A stretch of 64,000 nt of DNA, taken from assembly GCA_002269645.1 (NCBI GenBank), contig NIVC01002871.1, positions 62,001-126,000 of the forward strand, given 5' to 3'. Every line of letters begins with the position of its first letter. Within the stretch, counting starts at the first letter, position 1. Under the pieces are notes generated by a model. It did no database searches and had not been told where the DNA came from. It was given only the letters and a program-made list of their open reading frames with translations. Source of the stretch: Macrostomum lignano. Lineage: Eukaryota. The position numbers and the translations under genes are program-made. Positions 37,166 to 48,607 of this stretch are shown piece after piece.

Positions 37166-38356
37166 AAATTGCCTACTGAGATTTGCTTGTAAGAGATTTG
37201 AATACTAAGCTTTTCTTGACAAGATTTTCTTGTCTAGGCCTATGAACAAATTGCCTACTAAGTTTTTGGCAATCCTTTGGTTGGTTTCCCATTCTAAATT
37301 ATTTAAACCCTATACCAATGGGCGGCCTACAATATGTTGGCCAACTATCTGACAGTCAACCATTTGCTGTATTTCCGAGACCCCAACAACCTAGTGGCTT
37401 GTAAGAATATTATAGAGGGAATGTGGGGCAACTGCAAAGCCAAGTTTCAAGCTATACATGGAACCAGCAATAATTTGTTTGAAATGTACTTGCAAGAGTT
37501 CATGTGGCACCAAGCTTTCCTTCATTAGCACTTTGGCAATATCCTCTACTAGAAATAACTAGATAATATACTACTACCTTATATAAAACTCTGTGAACTC
37601 TTGCAAGAACTCTGTGAGCTTGTTGGACTCTGAAAAGTTCAAAAAAAGGTTTAAATAATTTAGAGTAGGTAACCAAAGGATCACCAGTTTTTTGTCAAGG
37701 ACAAGGTTTCTTGCAAGGTTTGCACTTGCCACTTGGTAGGCCTATTTAGTTATATGTAATTATATATGCATAGATACATTAGTCAGCTATTAATTCATGA
37801 ATATGCTATGTTGCTTTGTTTTCCAAATCTCTTTATTTAGACTTAGGCTTATATACATACATGCGCAACTGCTGGCCAACCTGGCCAATCTGGCCACTAT
37901 AAATTGTGGTGGATTAGGGGTAAGTTGCAAAAATGCCCAGCCTAAAGAATACAGACTTAGTACTAATTAGATGACGAGGCATTTAGCCCTTATAAGACAG
38001 TCATAGTTACTCCTGCCGTTTACCCAAAATTGCGTTAGGGTTTCTTTTACAGGTAAGTCGCATGGCCAGTGTAAATCAGGGGGGGGGGGTTGCGCATGTA
38101 TGCCTATATATATAAGACTAACTTATTAAATAGCATTGGGGGGGTAATGCAGATTGAATCCAGCTACTGCATGGCTAAATGCACTGTTGGAAAATATGCA
38201 TTCTGGACAAAAATTGGCAAAAAATCTTAATGAATAATTTGCTCATAGGCAAATCTTGATAGGCAATTTGCTTATAGGCAAAATATACTATAGACAATTC
38301 TTGTTAGGAAAATCTTGGTAGGCAAATCTTGGTAGACAAATCTCAGTAAGCATTTT
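37166..38356 (+). mobile_element. Merlin (IS1595/ISXO2-like) DNA transposon remnant
   Basis: 37343-37528 encodes YLTVNH...FRDP...NIIEGMWGNCKAKF...GTS...YLQEFMW, the Merlin/IS1595 C-terminal DDE signature. Candidate inverted ends AAATTGCCTACTGAGATTTG and CAAATCTCAGTAAGCATTTT with subterminal repeats. Confidence 0.7.
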
Positions 38357-38919
38357 TTGTGGGTAATTCATTAAGCTAGGCCCTTAGTGGCTTATAGCAA
38401 ATCAACCTTTCTTTTGCTTGCTATATGCTTTATGTTAGGGTTTTAGTAGTAGGCCTACAACACTTCAAATTATTATTTTTGCCTCTTTGCACTGTCATTA
38501 TAATTTTTATGCAATGTAGGCTAAAGTCTTCTTATATGGTTTTAAATTTAAAGGGATATAGAATAGTGTTGGCAAAATGGTATGAAGTAAATATACTAAT
38601 AATATAATAGGCCTACTTATAAAAGCTAGGCCTAAAAACCTTTGTTTTAATATCAAGTGTCTAGAATATATGCATAAGGCTCTATTTAGTCTTGTATAAC
38701 AATTTCTATGTAGGCATGAGCAATAATTTTAATACCTGCTTTTGTGTCAATTTCCTTTAAATTTGTAGCTTAAACTTACTTTAAATCAGAATAATTAAAA
38801 TATAAAATGACCCTAATGCATGCAGCAATTCAAAAGCTCAATTCTATTGAGCAATTTTGTGCAAAGAAATTTTGCAAGGCTTTCTCCCTTAGCAAAAACA
38901 AGTTTACAAAACCAAAGCC

Positions 38920-41900
38920 ATGGCTGAAGCTCACCAAGCAGTTGTGTTTGCTTTCAACATCACTGACCAGGGCATCCAGTTTGAATTTGACAAAGACGCC
39001 CTCCACCAGGTATGGCGGTCGGGAGTTCGCGCCTACAAGAAGCGCTATGCTGGCTTTAAGAATCGGCTGAGAAACGGCATCTACCCGGCTAAACCGGGCA
39101 GCCTGCTCACCACCATGCTGGTCATGATTTTGGCCACCATGTTTGGCAATGACCTGTCACTTGGCTATGTCAAACTGCTCAATCCCGTTGTGGTCAAGTG
39201 AGTCGTCATGCCAATAAATGCATTTCAGTCTTTGAAATTTCACTATGTAGGACTTTCTTCCCTATCCCAGAGTTCACTCTCCGATCGGCATCGAGACTCA
39301 CCCTCCTCATTCTAGAGAGTCACTCTCCAGTCGCATCCTCATTCTAGAGAGTCACTCTCCAGTCGCATCCTCATTCTAGAGAGTCACTCTCCAGTCGCAT
39401 CCTCATTCTAGAGAGTCACTCTCCAGTCGCATCCTCATTCTAGAGAGTCACTCTGCAGTCACATCCTCATTCTAGAGAGTCACTCTGCAGTCACATCCTC
39501 ATTCTAGAGAGTCACTCTCCAGTCGCATCCTCATTCTAGAGATTCTCTCTGCAGTCACATCCTCATTCTAGAGATTCACTCTGCTGCAGTCACATCCTCA
39601 TTCTAGAGAGTCACTCTCCAGTCGCATCCTCATTCTAGAGATTCACTCTGCAGTCACATCCTCATTCTAGAGATTCACTCTGCAGTCACATCCTCATTCT
39701 AGAGAGTCACTCTGCAGTCACATCCTCATTCTAGAGAGTCACTCTCCAGTCGCATCCTCATTATAGAGATTCTCTCTGCAGTCACATCCTCATTCTAGAG
39801 ATTCACTCTGCTGCAGTCACATCCTCATTCTAGAGAGTCACTCTCCAGTCGCATCCTCATTCTAGAGATTCTCTCTGCAGTCACATCCTCATTCTAGAGA
39901 TTCACTCTGCTGCAGTCACATCCTCATTCTAGAGAGTCACTCTCCAGTCGCATCCTCATTCTAGAGATTCACTCTGCAGTCACATCCTCATTCTAGAGAT
40001 TCACTCTGCAGTCACATCCTCATTCTAGAGAGTCACTCTGCAGTCACATCCTCATTCTAGAGAGTCACTCTCCAGTCGCATCCTCATTATAGAGATTCTC
40101 TCTGCAGTCACATCCTCATTCTAGAGATTCACTCTGCTGCAGTCACATCCTCATTCTAGAGAGTCACTCTCCAGTCGCATCCTCATTCTAGAGATTCACT
40201 CTGCAGTCACATCCTCATTCTAGAGATTCACTCTCGAGTCATTCTCATTATAGAGATTGTCAGTGACCCCCACAATCCCACTTTCCTATCTAAGGTACCT
40301 GGGTGTTGTTCCGCCGCACGACACCTATGTCTCCTGCGCACTAATCGCTTGCGGTCTTTGGCTGAGCGCTATACTGCTGTACAAGCAGCTGATTGGCTGC
40401 CTGCTAGCCTATCACGGCTGGATGTACGAAGCCCACGGCCGCAGCATATCCTGGCGCACCAAAGTGTGGTCAGTGCTAGTTAAGCTGCTAGTCTCGTGCA
40501 AGCGGGCCGGCCTGTATTCGTTCCAGGGCGCACTGCCGCGCCTGCCTGTGCCTAATGTTGACGATACAATCCGGCGCTACCTGGTCTCTATGGAACCGTT
40601 GCTAAGCGACGATCAGATGGCCGAGATGCGTCAATTAGCTGACGAATTTAAATCTAAGGGCACCGCCAAGAAATTGCAATTCTATCTGCGACTGAAGTCT
40701 TGGTGGGCGCCTAACTATGTCAGCGATTGGTGGGAGGAGTTTGTCTACCTGTACAGCCGGGATCCCATTATGGTGAGCGCCCATCTCCACAGTAGCAGTT
40801 CAATCCAATTATTTTATTACTCCCCAAGCCAAATGGTGTAAAATACTCTCGCCATGCTACTAAAACTAAGTAGTCTTATTAAGTAGCTTCGTGCTGAGTT
40901 TATGCGTTCAGAATCGCTTAATTTGTTCCGTGCAGATTCCTTGAGCAACTGGGAGTTATAAATTATTAAATTAGGAAGTTCAGAATGAAAATAAAATGCC
41001 AACATCTCTATCTAGCCCGTATAAAAGTGGGAAGTCACATTTTGACTATGTGACCGTTTTGTGACCCTTAAACGACGATCACTCGTGCGACTGTCAATGT
41101 GACCCTCGGGTGTGGTTCGTAAGCCTCTCTGACCCACATGAGTTTCAAAAGGCTACGCAGATTTCATGTTAACAGATTACTCAAATTTGACAACTAATAG
41201 ACAGCCAAAGTCGCAATAATTCCAATAATTGTGACATTTCATTGCACAAAAAAACATTGTTTAGTCCTAACGGTAGGGGAACAAACATCCGGGTTCGCGC
41301 TTGGCCAAGGGGACTTATCGTACGATTCACGTCCATGACTCCTGAGAGCCGACACCCCAGACACCAAAGGCGCAGTCTGCACATGCCTGTCAATGAGAAA
41401 GTCGGGCCTTGTCCGCTGTCCCTCTAGTAACCATAGTAACCATAGTAACCAACTAGAAATGTATAAGTAGCGCAGGCCCCGTGTATCTTAATTGAGTTTT
41501 CTTCTCAACAAAACATAAATTAGTCGCCACCTCCTTCAACGCTGGCCAGGTGAACTCCAACTATTACGGCATCGATGCCATATTTGTTCGGCCAACCCGA
41601 GTGCAAGCGGCCAGGGCTGCCAACGTGTCCTGGTCTATGCTGCAGTATTGGCGCAAGCTGAGCCGCGAGGAAGTCAAGCCGCTTAGCATTAACGATACTG
41701 TGCCATTGTGCAGCTGGCAATACGAGAGACTGTTTGCTACAACTAGAATACCCGGCGATGAACGCGACCGGATTATGCACCTGAACGATGCTAAGCATAT
41801 TGCTGTGTACCACGCGGGCAGGTACTTCAAGGTAAAGCTGGAACATAACATGAAATATTAACTAGTATTTTGCCTATATTGTTAGCAAAATTTTATCCCC

Positions 41901-43229
41901 TAATAAATTCCTATTTCTGTTTAAGACGGGGTATCCGACTCTAGCACTAAAGTACATCAGTTCAATATTAGATTCCCTGCACGACCGGCTTATTGCTGGC
42001 CCAAGGATTGTCTTGCAAATCACACCTATGCCTGTCTGTCTGTCTTAGTGTCTGTCTGTCTGTCTTAGTGTCTCTGTCTGTCTGTCTTAGTGTCTCTCTA
42101 TCTGTCTGCTTGCCTGCCTGTCTTAGCATCTGCTTGTCTGCCTGTCTTAGTATCTGTCTGTCTGATTGCGTGTCTGTCTTAGTGTCTATCTGTCTGTCTG
42201 TCTGTCTTAGTGTCTCTCTGTCTGTCTGCTTGTCTGTCTGTCTTAGTGTCTGTCTGTCTGCTTGCGTGTCTGTCTTAGTTTCTATCTGTCGGTCTACCTG
42301 CCTGGCTGCCTTTCAGTCTCTCTGTCTGTTTGCCTGTCTTAGTGTTTGTCTGTCTGTCTGATTGTCTGTTTCAACCCCAAAGCACACAGTGTGTTCAGGC
42401 CTGTTGATGAGATAGTCAGGGCCGCTCTACACCCTGTATGAGCGTTGTGCCTGCCTACGTATCTCCGTGTGCGTGAGCGTGCTCTCCTGCTCAGGGGTCA
42501 ACAGTATTATTAGCATGGCTGGCTGCTTGTCTGCTCGCTGGTTGCGGGTTGATTTTCGCCTCTCTCAGGCCCTCTGCGGAACTGTAACTAAGTAGAGTTT
42601 GCTAGATTTTGTTCTATTTCAAGTGCATCTGAACTGGCTAGATTGGTCTTATCTTTGATTAGATCACGTGACTCAAGATTTTATTACCAGTATGCCGGAA
42701 TAATGTACATTTAAACCGGGGCAATAAAATCTCGTGCTCCCAAGTGGCATTAGAACTTCACGAGCTAATTAGGCGCTGTCCTTGGCCTCTTTCTTTCAGG
42801 TGTACTTTTACTATGCCGGCCGTTGGCTCGAGCCGTGCGAGCTGGAGCAGCAGTTCCAAAGCATCTTGAACGACAAATCGGCGCCGGCCGCTGGAGAGGC
42901 CGATTTGGCCGCTCTCACCGCCGGCGAGCGCCGGGTTTGGGCCAGGGCGCGTCGCGATTTCTTCTCGCGCGGCGCCAACCGAACCAGCCTGGACGCCATC
43001 GAGCGCGCCGCTTTTGTGCTGGCGCTTGACGAGGAATCGGCCGATTACGATCCAGAAGACGATTCTCAGCTTGATAGATTTGCCAAGAGCCTGCTGCATG
43101 GCAACGGCTGCAATCGCTGGTTTGACAAGACCTTCACCCTGGTCGTGTTTGCTAACGGACGGGTTAGTCTGCGAGTTGCTGTGTATTCGATTGACAGGGA
43201 CAGGCAGACAGACAGGTAGACAGACAGGC

Positions 43230-43268
<39 letters not shown>

Positions 43269-46200
43269 GGCATACAGGCATACACTAAGACAGACATACA
43301 CTAAGACAGACAGACAGACAGGCATACACTAAGACAAGACAGACAGACAGACAGACAGACAGATGGACAAGACAGACAGACTGTAAAACAGACAGAGAGA
43401 CCGAAAGGCAGGTGGACAGTCAGAGACGGGGGTCGTATCCCAGTGGTCTAGCGCGGCGCTCTGATATCCCAGGCTCGATTCCAAGTGCAGTCACATTAAT
43501 TTGAGGATTCATTTGGAATCTCGGCTTGGCTCTGCTCGTGCAATTAACGGTCTTGAGGGCCAACCCCCAAGGCACAGTGAAGTGTACATGCCTAACGATA
43601 AATACGTTAGTGCCGCTGTACACTCCTGTGTGAGTGTGCGCCTGTGCGTATGACTGCGTACGTATCCGCGCGCTTGTGTGCCTGCTCAGGGGAGTCGGCG
43701 GAATGGGCAGTACGCTCGTAATGCCTCGCCGGTTGTGTGACCATGTCGCCTAAAGTGCGTGCACACAGCCCCTACAGCCCATAGCTCAAATTAAAAACTC
43801 CTAACAAATAGTCAGAGAAACAGCCTGACTGACTGACAGTTAATTATGTGTAGATTCATATTATAGAATGTTAGATGTTTTAATAACTACCTACTAATGC
43901 GATCTTATCTAATGCAATTATTATCATCTGAAATTTTCAGATTGGCTTCAACGCGGAGCACAGTTGGTAAGTTTTGTTTTAATGCTCTCTTTCTACTAGC
44001 ACTCTCGGGTTACTGCAGTTTGCAGAACACAACCTGCGCTGTTCCTGGCAGTCTAAAATGTAATAAAAGCGGTACATTCTTATTTTTTATCAAGGGCCGA
44101 CGCTCCTGTACTCTCTCAGCTATGGGAAGAGACTGTTATTACCAGCGACATTGTGCCCGGCGTTGGGTGAGCTATGCTCTGTTCTTGTTATGTCTATGGA
44201 TATTAATTATTTCGTCATCACCCTTCTGGCTGTCTGTCCTTGTATTTTCCCTCGTCTAGCTGTCCTTCAATCTTTATTGTCACTCGCCTGACTGTCCTTA
44301 AATCGTTATTGTCACTCGCCTGACTGTCCTTCAATCTTTATTGTCACTCGCCTGACTGTCCTTCAATCTTTATTGTCACTCGCCTGACTGTCCTTCAATC
44401 GGTATTGTCACTCGCCTGACTGTCCTTCAATCTTTATTGTCAGTCACCTGACTGTCCTTCAATCGTTATTGTCAGTCACCTGACTGTCCTTCAATCTTTA
44501 TTGTCACTCGCCTGACTGTCCTTCAATCGTTATTGTCACTAGCCTGACGGTCCTTCAATCGTTATTGTCAGTCACCTGACTGTCCTTCAATCGTTATTGT
44601 CACTAGCCTGACGGTCCTTCAATCGTTATTGTCAGTCACCTGACTGTCCTTCAATCGTTATTGTCAGTCACCTGACTGTCCTTCAATCTTTATTGTCAGT
44701 CACCTGTCCTTCAATCTTTATTGTCAGTCACCTGACTGTCCTTCAATCTTTATTGTCAGTCACCTGACTGTCCTTCAATCTTTATTGTCACTCGCCTGAC
44801 TGTCCTTCAATCTTTATTGTCACTCGCCTGACTGTCCTTCAATCGTTATTGTCACTAGCCTGACTGTCCTTCAATCGTTATTGTCAGTCACCTGACTGTC
44901 CTTCAATCGTTATTGTCACTAGCCTGACGGTCCTTCAATCGTTATTGTCAGTCACCTGACTGTCCTTCAATCGTTATTGTCACGCGCCTGACTGAGCTCC
45001 AGTAGAGGCGCAAGTCACTCGCATAGAAACGAATATCACAGACGAACAACCATAGTCGCCAACCAATTGCAGCTACAACTCGGACGGGCACTGCAAAGGC
45101 TCGCCAAAGGGCACGGTGCCAAATCCGATCCGATTGCAATGGGATCTCAGCGCCTCCTGTCGCGACGTGATCTCGAGCCAGCTGCGCGTTGCCACTAACT
45201 TATTAAATGACGTCGACCTGCACCTGGTGGTGCACACGCAGTTTGGCAAGGGCGCCATGAAGACCTGTCGAATGAGTCCGGACGCATTTGTCCAGCTGGC
45301 CCTGCAGCTCGCCTACTTCCGCGACAGCGGCGGCCAGTTCTGCTTGACCTACGAGGCCTCCATGACCCGGCTGTTCAGGGAGGGCCGCACCGAGACTGTG
45401 CGCTCGTGCACCAATCAGTCGTGCGAGTTCGTGCGCGCTATGGAGTCAGGAAATGCCAGCGTGAGTCGGCCTTCCTTTCTGAATGATTGCTAGGTAATGG
45501 GTGTGCGGCACGTAGGCAGCTGCTCACTGATAAGGAGCAATGGCCATTGGGTGCAGCGGCTCACTGATAAGGAGCAATGGCCATTGGGTGCAGCTGCTCA
45601 CTGATAAGGAGCAATGGCCATTGGGTGCAGCTGCTCACTGATAAGGAGCAATGGCCATTGGGTGCAGCGGCTCACTGATAAGGAGCAATGGCCATTGGGT
45701 GCAGCTGCTCACTGATAAGGAGCAATGGCCATTGGGTGCAGCTGCTCACTGATAAGGAGCAATGGCCATTGGGTGCAGCGGCTCACTGATAAGGAGCAAT
45801 GGCCATTGGGTACAGGGACCATTAGGTGCAGCCACCATTAGGTGCAGGAACCGGTGGTGAAATGCAAATTCTTATCCAGCCTGGCAATAATTATACACTC
45901 GGAATACAACAGTTGCACTCCTCTCCACCTTGTCCGTCCCCTCCCGGCAGAAGGCGGACCTGATTCGGCTGGTCCGGGCCGCGGCCGACAAGCACCAGAC
46001 CATGTACCGGGACGCAATGACCGGCAAAGGCGTCGATCGGCATCTCTTCACTCTGTACGTTGTTTCAAAGTACTGCAAGATCCAGTCGCCATTCCTAGAG
46101 AAGGCGCTGCACTGCCAGTGGAAACTGTCCACTTCGCAGACTCCGCACGGTCAGACTGGGAAACTGGATCTGAGGAATAGTCCCGACTCTATTAGCGCTG

Positions 46201-46992
46201 GCGGCGGCTTTGGCCCCGTCTCCGAGGACGGCTACGGCGTCTCCTACATTATCGCCGGAGAGGACACCATCTTCTTTCACATCAGCAGCCGCGTGAGCTG
46301 CGACCTGACTGTGAGTTGCTCCTGCATTCTGATAGCTAGATTAGCTTGGAGTAGGTTAATTAGTAGATACATTAGCTTGGAGTAGGTTAATTTGTAGATA
46401 GATTAGCTTGGAGTAGGTTAATTAGTAGATACATTAGCTTGGAGTAGGTTAATTTGTAGATAGATTGGCTTGGAGTAGGTTAATTAGTAGATACATTAGC
46501 TTGTGTAGGTTAATTAGTAGATACATTAGCTTGGAGTAGGTTAATTAGTAGATACATTAGCTTGGAGTAGGTTAATTAGTAGATATTATTAGCTTGGAGT
46601 AGGTTAATTAGTAGATATTATTAGCTTGAAGTAGGTTAATTTGTAGACGGATTAGCTTGGAGTAGGTTAATTAGTAGATACATTAGCTTGGAGTAGGTTA
46701 ATTAGTAGATACATTAGCTTGGAGTAGGTTAATTAGTAGATACATTAGCTTGGAGTAGGTTAATTTGTAGATACATTAGCTTGGAGTAGGTTAATTTGTA
46801 GATACATTAGCTTGGAGTAGGTTAATTGGTAGATACATTAGCTTGGCGTAGGTTAATTAGTAGATAGATTAGCCTAAATTAGGTAGTCCCCCCACTGCCA
46901 TCTCCATGGCAACCATTGTTAAACTGCAGAACTCTCGCCGGTTCGGTGACCAGATCTGCCGGGCCCTGCAGGATCTGAAGAATCTCTTCTAG
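38920..46992 (+). CDS. CPT1: Carnitine O-palmitoyltransferase 1, ~769 aa, 9 exons
   Basis: Exons 38920-39197, 40295-40772, 41550-41831, 42800-43162, 43941-43966, 44095-44166, 45073-45460, 45951-46310, 46930-46992 (2310 nt; phases consistent). Motifs [88 protein letters not shown]. Confidence 0.95.
39305..40255. repeat. Minisatellite, 32-bp unit CCTCATTCTAGAGAGTCACTCTCCAGTCGCAT (CPT1 intron 1)
   Basis: About 29 copies with recurring variant blocks. Confidence 0.95.
41255..41455 (+). mobile_element. Possible diverged tRNA-SINE with (CATAGTAAC)n tail
   Basis: A/B-box-like TAGTCCTAACGGTAG and GGGTTCGCG; CACATGCCTGTCAATGAGAAAGTCGGGCC resembles the family A/B domain; tail repeated about 3 times. 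Confidence 0.4.
42030..42370. repeat. (CTGT)n microsatellite (CPT1 intron 3)
   Basis: Read directly. Confidence 0.9.
43198..43400. repeat. (GACA)n microsatellite (CPT1 intron 4)
   Basis: Read directly; reverse complement of the intron-3 tract. Confidence 0.9.
43428..43742 (+). mobile_element. tRNA-derived SINE, family A, copy 3
   Basis: GGGGGTCGTATCCCAGTGGTCTAGCGC...GGCTCGATTCC head; body matches copies 1 and 2. Confidence 0.8.
44258..44992. repeat. Minisatellite, 32-bp unit GTCACTCGCCTGACTGTCCTTCAATCGTTATT
   Basis: About 23 copies. Confidence 0.95.
45517..45812. repeat. Minisatellite, 37-bp unit GCTCACTGATAAGGAGCAATGGCCATTGGGTGCAGCT
   Basis: About 8 copies. Confidence 0.95.
46335..46875. 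repeat. Minisatellite, ~31-bp unit ATTAGCTTGGAGTAGGTTAATTAGTAGATAC
   Basis: About 17 copies starting ~25 nt after the donor at 46311. Confidence 0.95.
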
Positions 46993-47716
46993 TGAGCCTG
47001 GCTGGATGAGTGATTTTCGATTTAATACTGTTTAAGAAGGCAGACAAGATAATAACCAAAATATGTTTTCATGTGTTGCTGACCTGATCAACCGGTATGT
47101 CAGGCTCATGTTTAAAATCGTTTTTTGTCAGTTTTAACCTGTTGCTTTTTCCTTGAAAAAATTTGTTCGCTAAACATTTTATTCTGTTTTCTTAATCTTA
47201 GCTAGCTTTTATATATGCTAATAATTAGTAGTAGTCAGTCAGCAAGTTGTGCCTAACGGCCATATTAAACTGCTGCTTGCCCCCTGCTGAGAATTCGTTA
47301 ATGACTAATAGAATCTGGATCTTTGTATCGCACAGCTTGAAATTTTATTTATTGGTGTAATCTCTTAAATTTTCTACTAAAAATAAGTTTCTCTTCATAC
47401 TTTACTTAGGTTAGAAATGTTGCTAAAAGTAGTATGTTGCAAATTTTCCGGTTTCACTAGAAATTTACTCAGCTTCAGCTGCCAGAAAAGTGGCATACTG
47501 TGTGTGTATTTTGAATTTCTATACAGCATCGTCTAGCACTGCATCATTGCCGTAGCTTTTTTGCTCAGTTTTTGTGTATTGTATTAATTAGTATATTGGA
47601 CTAGCGGCTGCACCCCTCCACAGGGTGGAGGAAAAACTTTACATCATTGGTTATTGAACAATAAAAACAAAGCAGTGGCAGATCCACCAATTCATTTCGC
47701 CAACTGACCCGGATCC

Positions 47717-47950
47717 ATCTTCCTCCTCCAGCCTCCATCCTCCATCCTCCATCCTCCATCATCTCCATCCTCATCCTCCATTCTCCTCCATCCTCCATTC
47801 TCCTTTCTCCTCCATCCTCCATCATCCTACATCCTCCATCCTCCTCCATTCTCCATTCTCCTTCCTCCATCCTCAATCATCCTCCATCATCCTCCATCCT
47901 CCCCGTCATTCTCTATTATCCTCCACCCTCTTCCATCCTCCTCCCTTCTC
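47717..47950. repeat. Pyrimidine-rich (TCC/CCAT) low-complexity tract
   Basis: Read directly. Confidence 0.85.
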
Positions 47951-48607
47951 CAGAAACCAATGGCAGATACAGGAAATTCGCCACTGCTTTCTTTGTGAGC
48001 CACCTCATTGTTGTTGCACAGCAGCTTGTGAAATCACTAATTTTGTTAGAACTATCGTGTTTTGTGTTTTAATATTGTTCGTTAATTTCAAGTTTAATTA
48101 TTATTTTCAACTGTGTACTTACTGCGAAGGCTGTATTCTCACTCTGAGCAACATAAACTAGAAATATATTTAAAAAATCAGACATCTGACAGAATCGCTA
48201 GAAACGCGTCATTAATTTTTTTTGCTTGGAAAAATATCCCTTTTCGTTGGATAATAATCATGTTTTATTTATTTATCGCTACTACTAGTAGCTAATAAGC
48301 AAACAAAGTATTCATGTGTTCGGCGACAATGCTGATTAGAGCAGTAGCTAAGCTAAAAGCTAACTGCTTTGCTCATGCTTAGCATTCTAATACTTATTTC
48401 TTCTGCACGTGGCTCTTCAGCCCCTGCCTTCACCTCTTAGCTCCGCTGCTCCACTAGCCAGCTCTGTCAACACACTTTGACCCACTGCGGTTTGTGTGCG
48501 CTGACTCTCCTCCCCTCTGCCATTTCTCTTGATTAAATTCTTGCAGCGAGCGACTCTTCAGCTCTCAACTCAGTTGCACAGAGTTCCCTCTATTGAATAG
48601 TCATGAA

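Noticed and set aside
46990-47013. Stop-codon readthrough of CPT1
   Set aside because: TAG is immediately followed by TGA; no targeting signal beyond.
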